Source: Deinococcus sp.
GTDB taxonomy: Bacteria; Deinococcota; Deinococci; Deinococcales; Thermaceae
Reading direction: 5' to 3'
NCBI GenBank assembly: GCA_023382135.1
Contig: JAMCQK010000127.1
Location: forward strand, 1-41,598
Length of the DNA stretch: 41,598 nucleotides
In this document: positions 15,877 through 25,525 of the stretch, piece by piece
How the letters are laid out: every line of letters starts with the position of its first letter
Numbering within the stretch: position 1 is the first letter of the stretch
Notes under the pieces: generated by a model
Told to the model about the DNA's origin: nothing
The model's database searches: none
What the model saw: only the letters and a program-made list of their open reading frames with translations
Translations under genes and position numbers: made by a program

Positions 15877-17151
15877 ATGCGCTGGTTTGCACTGATGGTC
15901 TTGCTGGCTGGGGCTTCGGCTCAGGGCGGCAACCTAGCGGTTGGCAGCAAAGTGACCACGGCTCTTTACCCGGCGAGTGCCAGGGTGGCGTACGGCCAAG
16001 CGCGTGAAATTGCCCGTTCGCTGGGACTTGGCTACCAAGAGCTTGGGGATTTGGTGGTGCTGAGCCTGGGGAGCAAAGCGACACAGTTTCGCATTGCAGC
16101 AACCGAGCCTTCCTCCGACCAGATGGGCCTTGCCTGGAAGCGCGAGGGCCAGCTCTGGATTCCCATCAAAACCATTGCCGCCAGGCTGGATCTGGACTAC
16201 CGCGTGGTGGGCGCGGTTCATGTGGTGGGGTTGAAGCCCGCCAGGCTTATAAGCGTGCAGCAGTCGCGCAACGGGAGCATTGAAAGGCTGACGTTTGTGT
16301 TCGACCGCGACGTGCAGGCAAAATTCTTGGACCAGGAGCGCTTGGCGTTGATTGGCGTGTTTTCTTTTGGCGGGGTGGACGGGGTGGCGGTGAGCCAGAT
16401 GGGGTACGGCCTCGAGGCCTCCCTTCCGCCAAGCGTTGCGGGCGGCAGACTCTACTACCTTCCCCGGCAAGTTGTTATTGAGCGCGGAACCAACCCCAGG
16501 CCTATCCGCATCGTGATTGACGCGGGCCATGGCGGCACGGACACCGGCATGGTGGTTGGAGGCCTGCAAGAAAAAGACCTTACCCTTTCGCTCGCCAGCA
16601 GAGTTTCCGAAAGCCTGAAGAGGAAGATTGCTGAACGCCAAGTTGCCGTGCCCAAGGTTGATATTGAGCTTACCCGCGGCGGGGATGCGGACGTGGGGCT
16701 TTCCACGCGGGCCTTGGCGGCAACTTTTGCCAAGGTGTTTATCAGCTTGCATGCCTCCCCGGGCTCCACCGTGGTCCTCTACCGCCAGCCCGATGGCGCC
16801 GGACTGACTTTCTTTGACAAAGGACAAAAGCTTTTGGCCAATACCCCAGAGCCGCAGCGGAGCGTGCTGGAGCTTTTTGTGGCAGAACGCGGCTTCAGCG
16901 CCAGGCTGAGCCAGCAGATAATGACCGCGCTTGCCTCCAAGGCCATTGTTTCCACCGCCAAGGAAGGCGCCAGTTACAAGGTGCTCTCGCAGGCGGGGGG
17001 CGCGGCCATCCTGGCTGAAATTGGTTTTGAGCGCCTACGCACTCCGGAACTGCGGGCGCTGCTGGCGGACACTGTTGCAGATGCCATTCTGGAGCACCTT
17101 GGCATCAAGGCGAAAGAACCGGCCTCGAGGCCTCCCGGGAGTACCCCATGA
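15877..17151 (+). CDS. N-acetylmuramoyl-L-alanine amidase (Amidase_3 family) with N-terminal signal peptide
   Basis: IVIDAGHGGTDTGM and ISLHAS motifs are present. The signal-like MRWFALMVLLAGASAQ begins at ATG 15877. The ORF-track start 15775 is probably an over-extension. Confidence 0.85.
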   Translation: MRWFALMVLLAGASAQGGNLAVGSKVTTALYPASARVAYGQAREIARSLGLGYQELGDLVVLSLGSKATQFRIAATEPSSDQMGLAWKREGQLWIPIKTIAARLDLDYRVVGAVHVVGLKPARLISVQQSRNGSIERLTFVFDRDVQAKFLDQERLALIGVFSFGGVDGVAVSQMGYGLEASLPPSVAGGRLYYLPRQVVIERGTNPRPIRIVIDAGHGGTDTGMVVGGLQEKDLTLSLASRVSESLKRKIAERQVAVPKVDIELTRGGDADVGLSTRALAATFAKVFISLHASPGSTVVLYRQPDGAGLTFFDKGQKLLANTPEPQRSVLELFVAERGFSARLSQQIMTALASKAIVSTAKEGASYKVLSQAGGAAILAEIGFERLRTPELRALLADTVADAILEHLGIKAKEPASRPPGSTP

Positions 17152-17684
17152 GGCCTTACGCTACTGCCAGGAACGTGATCGGATTCGGTCTGCTGGTGCT
17201 TGGGCTGTTGGTCTTCTGGTCGGTGGACCGGCCCGGCAACCGGAGGCTTATCACCCTTCCCACCGAACCGCAAAAGGTTCAAGAGGTAACGCAGGTTACC
17301 TTCAAGCTTTATTTTGCCAAAGGCGATAGCGGCGAGTTCGCAGTGGAAACGCGTAACCTGGAGGTTAACCAGGGCCAAGACGTTATCCTGCGCGCACTGG
17401 AAGAGTTAGCAAAAGGCCCCCAGAGCCCCGGAGCTTCCCGGATCGTTCCAGAAGGGACACCGCCTCCGCTGGTCTATGTCCGGGGAAGCACCGCCTACCT
17501 GGACCTTCCCGCCCCGTATGCCAAACTCCAACTTGGAACCGCGGGAGAGATCATGCTGGTTTACGGCATGGCCAACACCGTGCTTCAGTTCCCGGAGATC
17601 AGCCAAGTGGTTTTCCTGCTGCAGGGAAGGGAACTAGAGACCCTCGGCCACCTGCTCATTACCGGTCCAATTGGGCGCGACTGA
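17148..17684 (+). CDS. GerMN domain lipoprotein-like protein
   Basis: 178-aa ORF with an N-terminal TM or signal segment and GerMN-like segments (LEELAKGP, AYLDL, ANTVLQFPEI..V). ATGA overlaps the amidase stop. Confidence 0.7.
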   Translation: MRPYATARNVIGFGLLVLGLLVFWSVDRPGNRRLITLPTEPQKVQEVTQVTFKLYFAKGDSGEFAVETRNLEVNQGQDVILRALEELAKGPQSPGASRIVPEGTPPPLVYVRGSTAYLDLPAPYAKLQLGTAGEIMLVYGMANTVLQFPEISQVVFLLQGRELETLGHLLITGPIGRD

Positions 17685-17742
17685 CGGCGACGTTTTGGGT
17701 TCTGGCCACTTCCCCATAGAATCGTGAGAGCTTGGTTTCGAT

Positions 17743-20700
17743 ATGAAGATTGAACGCCTGATCCTGCAAGGGTTTAAATCATTCGGTGAACGCTCGGTGC
17801 TCGAGTTCGGCCCCGGGATTCACGGCGTGGTGGGGCCGAACGGCTCGGGCAAGAGCAACCTGGTCGAGGCGCTCAGGTGGGTAGTAGGCGCCCGCGCCCG
17901 TGAGCTCAGGGGTGAGGAGGCCGACAACCTGCTTTTTCACGGCGCCGATGGCAAGGCCCCCTTGGGGTTCGCCGAAGTGGTGCTGGAACTTGCTAAGGGC
18001 AAAGAAAGATTGGCGGTAGAGAGGCGCTTAGAGCGAGGCGGGGAAAGTGAACTCAGGTTCAACGGGCGCAGGACCACCTTCAAACAACTGGGCGAGTGGC
18101 TGGTGGGCACCGGGCTTTCGCGCGGGGGATACGCGGTTGTTGGACAGGGTGAGATTAGCCAGGTCTTGCAGGCCGGTCCTGAAATTTTGCTTGGATACCT
18201 GGAAGAGGCTGCCGGCCTGAAACCGGTGGCTTCGGCTGCGCGAATCTCATCGGAAAGGCTCGATGCCGCCACCCACGAACTCGAGGCCCTGACCGCCAAG
18301 CTATCCGAACAGGCGCTTCAACTGAGCGAAAAAGAAGTTCAGGCTTCCCAGGCCCGACGGGCGCGCGAGCTTACCGCGCTGGCGCTCTTGTACAAGCGCA
18401 GCCTGGCGCATGCCAAGAAGCGCGAGCTCGAGCAAGAGCTTGCCAGTTTGGATAGCAAAGAAAAAGAACTGGAAGCCGAGAAAGAGCGCCTTACTAGCGG
18501 GTTTAGCCAGCTTGAGAGCCTGAAGCTAGAGGCGGCGGCGGACCTCGAGGCCGCGCAGAGCGCATTATCCGAAGGCCTCAGGAGGGCAGAGGCGCTTTCG
18601 GGGGAGACGCGGCTTCTGGAGCAACAGCGTGAACACCTTTCCTTCATGCGCGAGCGGCTCAGCCGCGAGTACAGGGAGCAGCTGGCCCGTATTGAGCAAC
18701 TGTCGCGAGTCCAGGAGCCGCTTGCCCCGCAGAACCCGGATGTATCGCAAGACCAGCTTTCTTTGCTGACTGAGCGCGCTGCTGCGCTCGAGGCCGATCT
18801 CTCTAAGCAGGAGCAAGAAGCACGCGTTTTGCGCCAGGCCTATGAGAGTTACTTGCAGGCAGAAGCGTTGTACCAAGCCAGGCTGACCACCTATCAAGAA
18901 GCGGTCGCCGACCTCGAGGCTATCCAGAGCCAGCTTTCAACGCTGGAGCCCCAGCATGCCTCGCTCTGCCTGCAAAAGCTCCAGGCGGAAAAACAAGACC
19001 TGGAAATTCGCAAAGCCTTGGACGAAGTTATTGTCCAGGAAGGGACTGTTAGCGCCCGGGCCCGGGCGGCACGCGCCGAGGCGGACCGCCTCGAGGCCTT
19101 CCTCAAAGCGGGCGCAGACCTTGCCGAAGGGCCGCGTAAGGTCAAGGAAAGCGGCATTGCTGGAGTCTTGGGCGTGGTCGCGGATCTGATAGAAGTTCCC
19201 GCGGGCCTGGAACTCGCGCTGGAAATTGCGCTCGGGTCCAGGCTCAACTGGGTACTGTGCACGGGCCAACAAGCCGCCAAAGACGCTATCGCTATGCTCA
19301 AGGAACAGGGTGGCAGGGCTACCTTCTTGCCTTTGGACCAGCTGAAGCCAGCAAGGTCTGTGGAAGTCCAAAATCATCCTGGCGTGGTGGGGTTGGCGCG
19401 CGAACTGGCAAAATTGCCCCGGAGCCCGCAGGCGCTTGCCACCTTGTTTGGAGACACCTTGGTGATGCAGGACCTCGAGGCCGCGCTTTCCTACGCCCGT
19501 GCCCACCCGGACCATCCACGCCTGGTCACGCGCGAGGGTGAAGTAGTAGAGCCCTATGGCGCTATTTCCGGTGGCAGGGTGCAAAAGGGTGGCGAGATGC
19601 TTTTGCAGCGCCGCCGCTTTGGCGAGGTGAGGGCGGAAACCCTCCGCTTGGAGCAGGAAGCGGGCGCGCTGGCTGAAAAGTCAGGCCAGTTGCGCCAGGC
19701 TCTTCGAGCGCTTGAGCTTGAACTGGTTCGCTCGCGAGAGGCGGAACTATCCCTCAAGCTGGCGGCGCTCCGCACTCAACTGAATGCTAGAGCCAATCTT
19801 GCCGAGCCCGCCCGCCCGGAGCCGGTCGCCGCTCCCGATACCTTGGCCATTGAATCATTGCGAATCGAACTCAATGCTAAAAGAGGCGAACTGGCGCTTG
19901 CGCGCGAATCGCAACTGTCCTGGCTGCGCTACCGTGAAGACCTGACCCGTTTTCACGACGCTCAAAATAGTGTTAGTCAGGCACGAGAACGCTTGCAAGC
20001 CCTTGAAGGGGAAGACCAGCAGATCGCAAATCAGCTATCCGAAGTGAGCCGCAAGCTCAAAGACCTCGAGGTCGTCCGCCAGGGGTTGGGAATCGAAGGC
20101 CTCGAGGCCGCCCTTTCCCAGGCCCGCGCCAGGAGCAGGGAGCTTGCCGAACAAGAGAGCGCCAACCTGAGCCGCACCAACGCGCTCCTCGCCGAGCTCG
20201 AGTCCACTCGCCTCACTAAAGCCCGGCGCGAGACCACGCGGGAAGCCATCGAGGCCGAGCTTGGAGAGCTTCCCCCAGGCGAGGTGGAAGAAGGCGGCTC
20301 CCGTACACTTGCCCGCAAGCTCTCCGAAACCGAGGCCGAGCTTAGCGCGCTTGGTCCCATCAACTACCTGGCCGAGCAGGAACACCAGGTGCTTTCCGAG
20401 GAAGTAGACAGACTGAGGGCCACTGCCCTCGAGGCTGAAGAAGCCGCGCGCAAACTGGAGGCCGAACTCCGCATTGTTGAAAGCGAATACCAGGGACGCC
20501 TTGAAGGTGTCTACCAAAACTTCAAGACGCGCCTGGCTTATTATGCGGAATCACTTCTGGGCGCACAGGTAGAACTTGAAAAAGTCTCCGGTGGCCTCAA
20601 CCTGGTGCTCAAGCCCGCGGGCAAGCGCACCGTGGACCTGGGCCTGCTATCCATGGGAGAGCGCACCATGGGCGCGCTTGCTTTCTTGTTTGCGCTGTCT

Positions 20701-20949
20701 GAGGTAGGGGAGGGGGGAAGCGGCTTGCCGCTTGCCATCCTGGACGAGGTAGACGCTCCCTTGGACGAAGCCAATATTCAGCGTTTTACCCGTTTCCTCA
20801 AAGCCTTCTCCCACCAAACCCAGTTCATTTTGGTCACGCACCAGAAGCGCACCATGGAGGTCTGCGACGCGCTCTATGGTATTACCAGCGAGAAGGGCCT
20901 TTCGCGTGTCTATAGCATCCGGCGCGAAGAGCCTGTAGCTTTATTCTGA
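17743..20949 (+). CDS. smc: chromosome segregation protein SMC
   Basis: 1068-aa ORF with Walker A GPNGSGKSN, long coiled coils and a central hinge. It also has the signature LSMGERTMGA and Walker B LAILDEVDAPLD. Confidence 0.95.
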   Translation: MKIERLILQGFKSFGERSVLEFGPGIHGVVGPNGSGKSNLVEALRWVVGARARELRGEEADNLLFHGADGKAPLGFAEVVLELAKGKERLAVERRLERGGESELRFNGRRTTFKQLGEWLVGTGLSRGGYAVVGQGEISQVLQAGPEILLGYLEEAAGLKPVASAARISSERLDAATHELEALTAKLSEQALQLSEKEVQASQARRARELTALALLYKRSLAHAKKRELEQELASLDSKEKELEAEKERLTSGFSQLESLKLEAAADLEAAQSALSEGLRRAEALSGETRLLEQQREHLSFMRERLSREYREQLARIEQLSRVQEPLAPQNPDVSQDQLSLLTERAAALEADLSKQEQEARVLRQAYESYLQAEALYQARLTTYQEAVADLEAIQSQLSTLEPQHASLCLQKLQAEKQDLEIRKALDEVIVQEGTVSARARAARAEADRLEAFLKAGADLAEGPRKVKESGIAGVLGVVADLIEVPAGLELALEIALGSRLNWVLCTGQQAAKDAIAMLKEQGGRATFLPLDQLKPARSVEVQNHPGVVGLARELAKLPRSPQALATLFGDTLVMQDLEAALSYARAHPDHPRLVTREGEVVEPYGAISGGRVQKGGEMLLQRRRFGEVRAETLRLEQEAGALAEKSGQLRQALRALELELVRSREAELSLKLAALRTQLNARANLAEPARPEPVAAPDTLAIESLRIELNAKRGELALARESQLSWLRYREDLTRFHDAQNSVSQARERLQALEGEDQQIANQLSEVSRKLKDLEVVRQGLGIEGLEAALSQARARSRELAEQESANLSRTNALLAELESTRLTKARRETTREAIEAELGELPPGEVEEGGSRTLARKLSETEAELSALGPINYLAEQEHQVLSEEVDRLRATALEAEEAARKLEAELRIVESEYQGRLEGVYQNFKTRLAYYAESLLGAQVELEKVSGGLNLVLKPAGKRTVDLGLLSMGERTMGALAFLFALSEVGEGGSGLPLAILDEVDAPLDEANIQRFTRFLKAFSHQTQFILVTHQKRTMEVCDALYGITSEKGLSRVYSIRREEPVALF

Positions 20950-21176
20950 TACGGCCATTTGTCCCAACCACCTATAAAAAGTGGCTGCGCTACAGCCAGG
21001 CTTTATAGAGTTTCTAGCCCAACCTTGCCTGGTTACATTGAGGGAAGAACAAGTTAAACCTGGTTGGCTTATATAGTGAATTGGGCAGCGGTCTTCTTGG
21101 ACCGGAGAGGAGCGGTTAAGGTAGAACATACGGCTGTTATCTACTGCAGTAGCGGTTTAAACCCAGACTCTAGAGC

Positions 21177-22169
21177 ATGAATAAAGGAGCACTGTTACAT
21201 ACCAATCGCGCCGAAGATCCAGCACTGCTGGAAAACGCCATGCGCATGGCAATCAACTATGCCCAGCAGTTCGTAGGTGCCACAGCCCCCAACCCCCCTG
21301 TAGGGGCGGTTGCTCTTGACGCGCAAGGAGAAATACTGATTGGTGCGGGACACGCCAAAGCCGGGTCTCCCCACGCGGAAGCCAAGCTCCTTGCCACAGC
21401 ACAAGAACTTGGCCTCCTTGAAAAAATTCACACTGTGGTAGTTACTTTGGAACCCTGTAACCACCATGGACGCACGCCACCTTGCACCAAAGCTCTGATC
21501 GCCGCGGGCGTTAAATGCGTGGTGGTTGGTACTCGCGACCCTAACCCCAAAGTAAAAGGCGGGGGCGTAGAACGGCTGCGCAAAGCGGGAACCAAAGTGA
21601 TAGAGGGCGTGCTCCAGAACGAATGCACAGAGCTCATCCGGAGTTTTGCCCACTGGTCGCGAACAGGGCGGCCTTACGTGACCGTGAAGCAGGCATTCAC
21701 CAATGCGGGCTCAATGATCCCGCCGAAAGGGCATACAACCTTCACCTCGGACTTGAGCCTCCAACTGGCCCACGAACTCCGCCGCCGGGCAGACGCCCTC
21801 TGGACCGGAAGCGGCACCATCCTCGTAGACAACCCCGCATTTACCGTGCGCCGCGTGAAGGACCACCCCGGAAAGAAGCGCTATCTCATAATTGCCGACC
21901 GGCGAGGCCGGATTCCCGCAGAATGGTGCAAGCAAGCGGAGGCACGCGGTTTCGTGATCGTGACGCAGAAAAGCTCTTTCGAGGAAACCCTTGATTTTCT
22001 GGGCCAAAAGGGGGTTCTTGAAGTGCTTGTGGAGGCAGGACCTACGCTCTCCGGCGCGATCCTGAAAAGTGGCCTATGGAACGAACATGTGATAATAAAA
22101 CAAGGTGGAGACCAAGACACTGATGGCCACAATGATACCGTCGAGATTCGCCGAAACGACGCCTTTTAG
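21177..22169 (+). CDS. ribD: bifunctional riboflavin biosynthesis deaminase/reductase
   Basis: CMP/dCMP deaminase zinc motifs HAE...LEPCNHHGRTPPC are followed by a reductase domain. It is the first gene of the rib cluster. Confidence 0.9.
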   Translation: MNKGALLHTNRAEDPALLENAMRMAINYAQQFVGATAPNPPVGAVALDAQGEILIGAGHAKAGSPHAEAKLLATAQELGLLEKIHTVVVTLEPCNHHGRTPPCTKALIAAGVKCVVVGTRDPNPKVKGGGVERLRKAGTKVIEGVLQNECTELIRSFAHWSRTGRPYVTVKQAFTNAGSMIPPKGHTTFTSDLSLQLAHELRRRADALWTGSGTILVDNPAFTVRRVKDHPGKKRYLIIADRRGRIPAEWCKQAEARGFVIVTQKSSFEETLDFLGQKGVLEVLVEAGPTLSGAILKSGLWNEHVIIKQGGDQDTDGHNDTVEIRRNDAF

Positions 22170-22180
22170 GAGGCCCGCCC

Positions 22181-22801
22181 ATGTTCACCGGAATTATTGA
22201 AAAAGTAGGAAAAGTTATCACGGTGGAGGAAAAGCGTGGTGAGATGCGTGCCCTTGTTGCCACAGGTTTTAAGGGTCTTGTGAATGGAGAGAGCGTCGCA
22301 GTGAACGGTGTCTGCCTCACGGTCAGTGAAACAAACCCCGAAGGTGACGCCGGCTTTTTTATAAGCGAAGAGACGTTAGCCCGCAGTAACCTGAAAAACC
22401 TGCAGACCGGCTCCCGCGTGAACCTGGAGCGGGCCATGCAGGCTGGTGGCCGCTTCTCCGGCCACCTGGTGCAGGGGCACGTGGATACCACCGGCACCCT
22501 GGTCGGCATTTCGGAAGGCCCAGAACACCACCGCTTTGGCATCGTGCTGGGCTCAGACTACGGCCGCTACTGTGTGGAGAAAGGCTCAATCGCCATAAAC
22601 GGTGTGAGCCTTACCATCAACTCCTTGCAGGAGACCTCAAAACACGAGGTTCTCATTTCCTTGCTTATCATCCCTCACACCTGGGAAAATACCAATTTCC
22701 CCGATCTCAAAAGCGGCGAACCACTCAATGTAGAAGTGGACGTGCTGGCAAAATATGTGGAGCGCCTATGTCCGTACTTGAACAAGCCCTTGAACAGCTG
22801 A
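22181..22801 (+). CDS. ribE: riboflavin synthase alpha chain
   Basis: Begins MFTGIIE and has the internally repeated lumazine-binding barrel (VNGVCLTV / INGVSLTI). Confidence 0.93.
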   Translation: MFTGIIEKVGKVITVEEKRGEMRALVATGFKGLVNGESVAVNGVCLTVSETNPEGDAGFFISEETLARSNLKNLQTGSRVNLERAMQAGGRFSGHLVQGHVDTTGTLVGISEGPEHHRFGIVLGSDYGRYCVEKGSIAINGVSLTINSLQETSKHEVLISLLIIPHTWENTNFPDLKSGEPLNVEVDVLAKYVERLCPYLNKPLNS

Positions 22802-24012
22802 AAAACGGCAAAATGATCATCCTCGTGGACGACGAGGACCGCGAAAACGAGGGCGACCTGGTGCTCGCCGCTGAATTCGCCACTCCCGCGGCAATCAACT
22901 TCATCGCCAGACACGCGCGCGGCCTCATCTGCCTTGCCCTCGAAGGGAAACGTGTGGACGAGCTTCAACTCCCGACGATGACGGCTGTGAACCGCTCTCC
23001 TCGCAAGACCGCCTTTACCGTTTCAATCGAGGCGCGCGAGGGCATCACCACCGGCATCTCCGCTGCTGACCGTGCCCATACGATCCGCGTGGCCGTGGAC
23101 CCCACGAAAGGCCCCTCCGATCTCGTGAGCCCAGGCCATATCTTCCCGTTGCGCGCCATGGACGGGGGAGTGCTCGTGCGCGCCGGCCACACGGAAGGCT
23201 CGGTGGACCTCTGCCGGATTGCAGGCCTTCGCCCCGCTGCTGTGATCTGCGAGATCATGAACGAGGACGGCACCATGGCCCGCATGCCAGATCTTCGAAA
23301 ATTCGCCGAAGCTTTCGGCTTACCAATCGTTACCATCAAAGAACTAATAGAGTACCGCATGAGCCGCGAGTCGCTCATCGAAGAAATTGCCGTTACGCGT
23401 TTCCCCTCGCACTATGCCGGCTCTACTCACGAGTTCAGCATGCACGCCTTCCGCAGCCTGGTAGACGGGACCGAACACCTTGCCCTGGTAAGCGCTACGC
23501 CCAACCCCGGCGGCAAGCTGCAGAACCCCGCCCTGGTGCGCGTGCACTCCGAGTGCCTCACGGGCGATGCCTTAGGCTCCCAGCGTTGCGACTGTGGTGA
23601 ACAGCTTCGTGCCTCCCTGCGCATGATTAGCGAGAGCGGTAATGGCGTGCTGGTCTATATGCGCCGGCACGAGGGCCGTGGCATCGGGCTCGGGAACAAG
23701 ATTCGCGCTTACGCGCTTCAAGACCAAGGGCTCGACACTGTGGAGGCGAACCGCCATCTTGGCTTTCGGGCGGATCTGCGCCATTATGGCGTCGGCGCTC
23801 AGATTCTCCGCCATCTTGGCGTGCGCGAATTGCGCTTGCTCACCAACAATCCCAAAAAGGTAATCAGCCTTGAAGGCTTTGGCTTGAAGATTACCGAGCA
23901 ACTGCCAATTGAAGTTACTCCGAACGCAAATAATCTGGCCTACCTGCTGGCGAAGCGCGACAAACTGGGCCATACTCTGCGACTGGACGATACCGCAGAG
24001 GAGGCCTCATGA
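22768..24012 (+). CDS. ribBA: bifunctional 3,4-dihydroxy-2-butanone-4-phosphate synthase / GTP cyclohydrolase II
   Basis: [11 protein letters not shown] (RibB) and [11 protein letters not shown]...CDCG (RibA) motifs are present. It overlaps the ribE 3' end by 34 nt. Confidence 0.93.
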   Translation: MSVLEQALEQLKNGKMIILVDDEDRENEGDLVLAAEFATPAAINFIARHARGLICLALEGKRVDELQLPTMTAVNRSPRKTAFTVSIEAREGITTGISAADRAHTIRVAVDPTKGPSDLVSPGHIFPLRAMDGGVLVRAGHTEGSVDLCRIAGLRPAAVICEIMNEDGTMARMPDLRKFAEAFGLPIVTIKELIEYRMSRESLIEEIAVTRFPSHYAGSTHEFSMHAFRSLVDGTEHLALVSATPNPGGKLQNPALVRVHSECLTGDALGSQRCDCGEQLRASLRMISESGNGVLVYMRRHEGRGIGLGNKIRAYALQDQGLDTVEANRHLGFRADLRHYGVGAQILRHLGVRELRLLTNNPKKVISLEGFGLKITEQLPIEVTPNANNLAYLLAKRDKLGHTLRLDDTAEEAS

Positions 24013-24437
24013 GATTCGCCATTGTTGTCTCCCGTTTTAACGAGACTGTTACCCAGGGACTTCTCCGCGGCGCGCTCCGTTTCCTCGCGGAGAAAGGCAT
24101 TTCACACGCCCAAGAGGATACTTTCTATGCCCCCGGCGCCTTCGAAATTCCTCTTATCGCCAAGAAGCTTGCCCGCACGCGGAGCTACGACGGCGTGATC
24201 TGCCTCGGCTCTGTGATTAAGGGTGAGACTGCCCATTTTGAATTCATCTCCCTAGGAGCTACGATTGGTATCCAGCTGAGCATGCTAGAAACCGAAGTGC
24301 CAATCAGCTTTGGCATCCTCACCGCCTATACCGAAGACCAAGCCGAGGCTCGGAGCCGTGACAACGCGGAAAATAAAGGCCTCGAGGCGGCAAAAGCCTG
24401 TTTGGAAAGCGCCAGCCTGCTAAAACAAATTTTCTGA
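24009..24437 (+). CDS. ribH: 6,7-dimethyl-8-ribityllumazine synthase (short N-terminus)
   Basis: Contains IVVSRFNE, GAFEIP and VIKGETAHFEF. ATGA overlaps the ribBA stop and GAGGAGG lies upstream. Confidence 0.9.
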   Translation: MRFAIVVSRFNETVTQGLLRGALRFLAEKGISHAQEDTFYAPGAFEIPLIAKKLARTRSYDGVICLGSVIKGETAHFEFISLGATIGIQLSMLETEVPISFGILTAYTEDQAEARSRDNAENKGLEAAKACLESASLLKQIF

Positions 24438-24472
24438 CCGCCTAGAAACTCCCAGCGGAACGCTTACTTTAG

Positions 24473-25516
24473 TTATTCTGACTCCGAGTCCAGCTTATCC
24501 ACCACATCGAAAAGCCCTTCCAAATCCATCTTGGCGTAAATGGCGCTGGTGTTCACGTTCGAGTGCCCCAGCAAGCGCGCAGTGGCGTGAAGATCCCTCG
24601 AGGCTTTGTAAAAGCGCGTGCCCGCCGTGTGCCTGAGCATGTGGGCGCCGTAATAGCGGGTGGGGAAGCCCAGAGCCGAGTAATGTTTCGCGAGAGTTTT
24701 GCGAAGCATGCTGGCGGACATGCCCTTACCATCGGCTTTTTTGCCGCCCATATTTATTAGCACCCGGGTTTCGCCCGGGGCTGCAAGCCCAGTGCGAATT
24801 CTGAGCCAGGCCTCGAGGTCTGCCACCAACGAGTTCGAAAGTGGCACACTTCTTTGTTTGCCACCTTTGCCGTGCTTCACAATCAGTATCCGCTCACCAA
24901 AATGCAGATCTGCGATCACGAGTTGAATGACCTCGCTAATTCGTAGGCCTGCTTCGGCCATTAGCCGCACAGCGACACGGTCTCGAAGAAGGTCCGGTTT
25001 TTCGGGCGTAAGGCGGTCCAAGAGTTTTCGGTACAGATGCACCGGCAGTGCCGGGCGGCGTTCTTCGGGCGGCGTGGGGTCGCGAGGGGCAAAGACCCCC
25101 TGGGGCATCTGGGCGGCCTTGGCCCACTCAAAGGCCCTGTAAAGCGTCCTAACCCCGGCTAGATAGGTGGCAATGGTGGAAGGTTTAAGCGATACTCCCG
25201 AGGTTTCCGAGAGGTGTCCGCCATTCACCTGGAGCTCAGTTACATAGCGGTCTAGGTCATCAGATGTTGCCTTGAGTATCTCGACTTTGGGACCAGACGC
25301 GTCCGGAGGCCAAGCCCAGGCCAGGTAGTCCCGAACGCCCTTGTGGTAAGTCGCAACAGTATCTTCACTAACGGCTGCCCGTTTTCGGCCTTTAAGGACC
25401 AGATAAGCCTCCAGCAACTCAAGCAGGGCCTGTTCGTTACGTTCATGCGCTGCGCGTACGGCGGCAACGCGACGTTTGGACGGATTTGACCAACTTGAAA
25501 GTAGTACTAATGACAT
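24473..25516 (-). CDS. tyrosine recombinase / phage-integrase family protein (Xer-like)
   Basis: 347 aa with an N-terminal SAM-like core-binding region. The catalytic residues are complete: GLRISE (Arg), HGKGGKQR (Lys), HMLRHT (His-x-x-Arg), LLGHS and SAIYAKM (Tyr). Confidence 0.9.
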   Translation of the reverse strand: MSLVLLSSWSNPSKRRVAAVRAAHERNEQALLELLEAYLVLKGRKRAAVSEDTVATYHKGVRDYLAWAWPPDASGPKVEILKATSDDLDRYVTELQVNGGHLSETSGVSLKPSTIATYLAGVRTLYRAFEWAKAAQMPQGVFAPRDPTPPEERRPALPVHLYRKLLDRLTPEKPDLLRDRVAVRLMAEAGLRISEVIQLVIADLHFGERILIVKHGKGGKQRSVPLSNSLVADLEAWLRIRTGLAAPGETRVLINMGGKKADGKGMSASMLRKTLAKHYSALGFPTRYYGAHMLRHTAGTRFYKASRDLHATARLLGHSNVNTSAIYAKMDLEGLFDVVDKLDSESE

Positions 25517-25525
25517 GTTGAAAGT

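Noticed and set aside
15934-16827. Long overlapping or antisense ORFs. Examples are 15934..16827 (-) 297 aa inside the amidase gene, 14512..15240 (+) 242 aa inside gap, 18937..19584 (-) inside smc, and 33048..33752 (+) 234 aa.
   Set aside because: Their translations are Arg/Pro/Gly/Ala-rich and low in complexity, with no motifs. They sit opposite or out of frame to well-supported conserved genes. This is the typical open-frame artefact of GC-rich DNA.
21141-21174. PstI (CTGCAG), PmeI (GTTTAAAC) and XbaI (TCTAGA) sites within 34 bp, read as a cloning-vector polylinker scar
   Set aside because: Any short palindrome is some enzyme's site. No vector backbone, primer-like flanks or other engineered hallmarks are present, so I cannot support an artificial origin from sequence alone.
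20950-21176. FMN (RFN) riboswitch call upstream of ribD
   Set aside because: The position is right, but the invariant RFN cores are absent on the plus strand. The only AGTCTGG-like match is on the wrong strand and in the wrong order. I kept this as an open question in the findings rather than as a feature.
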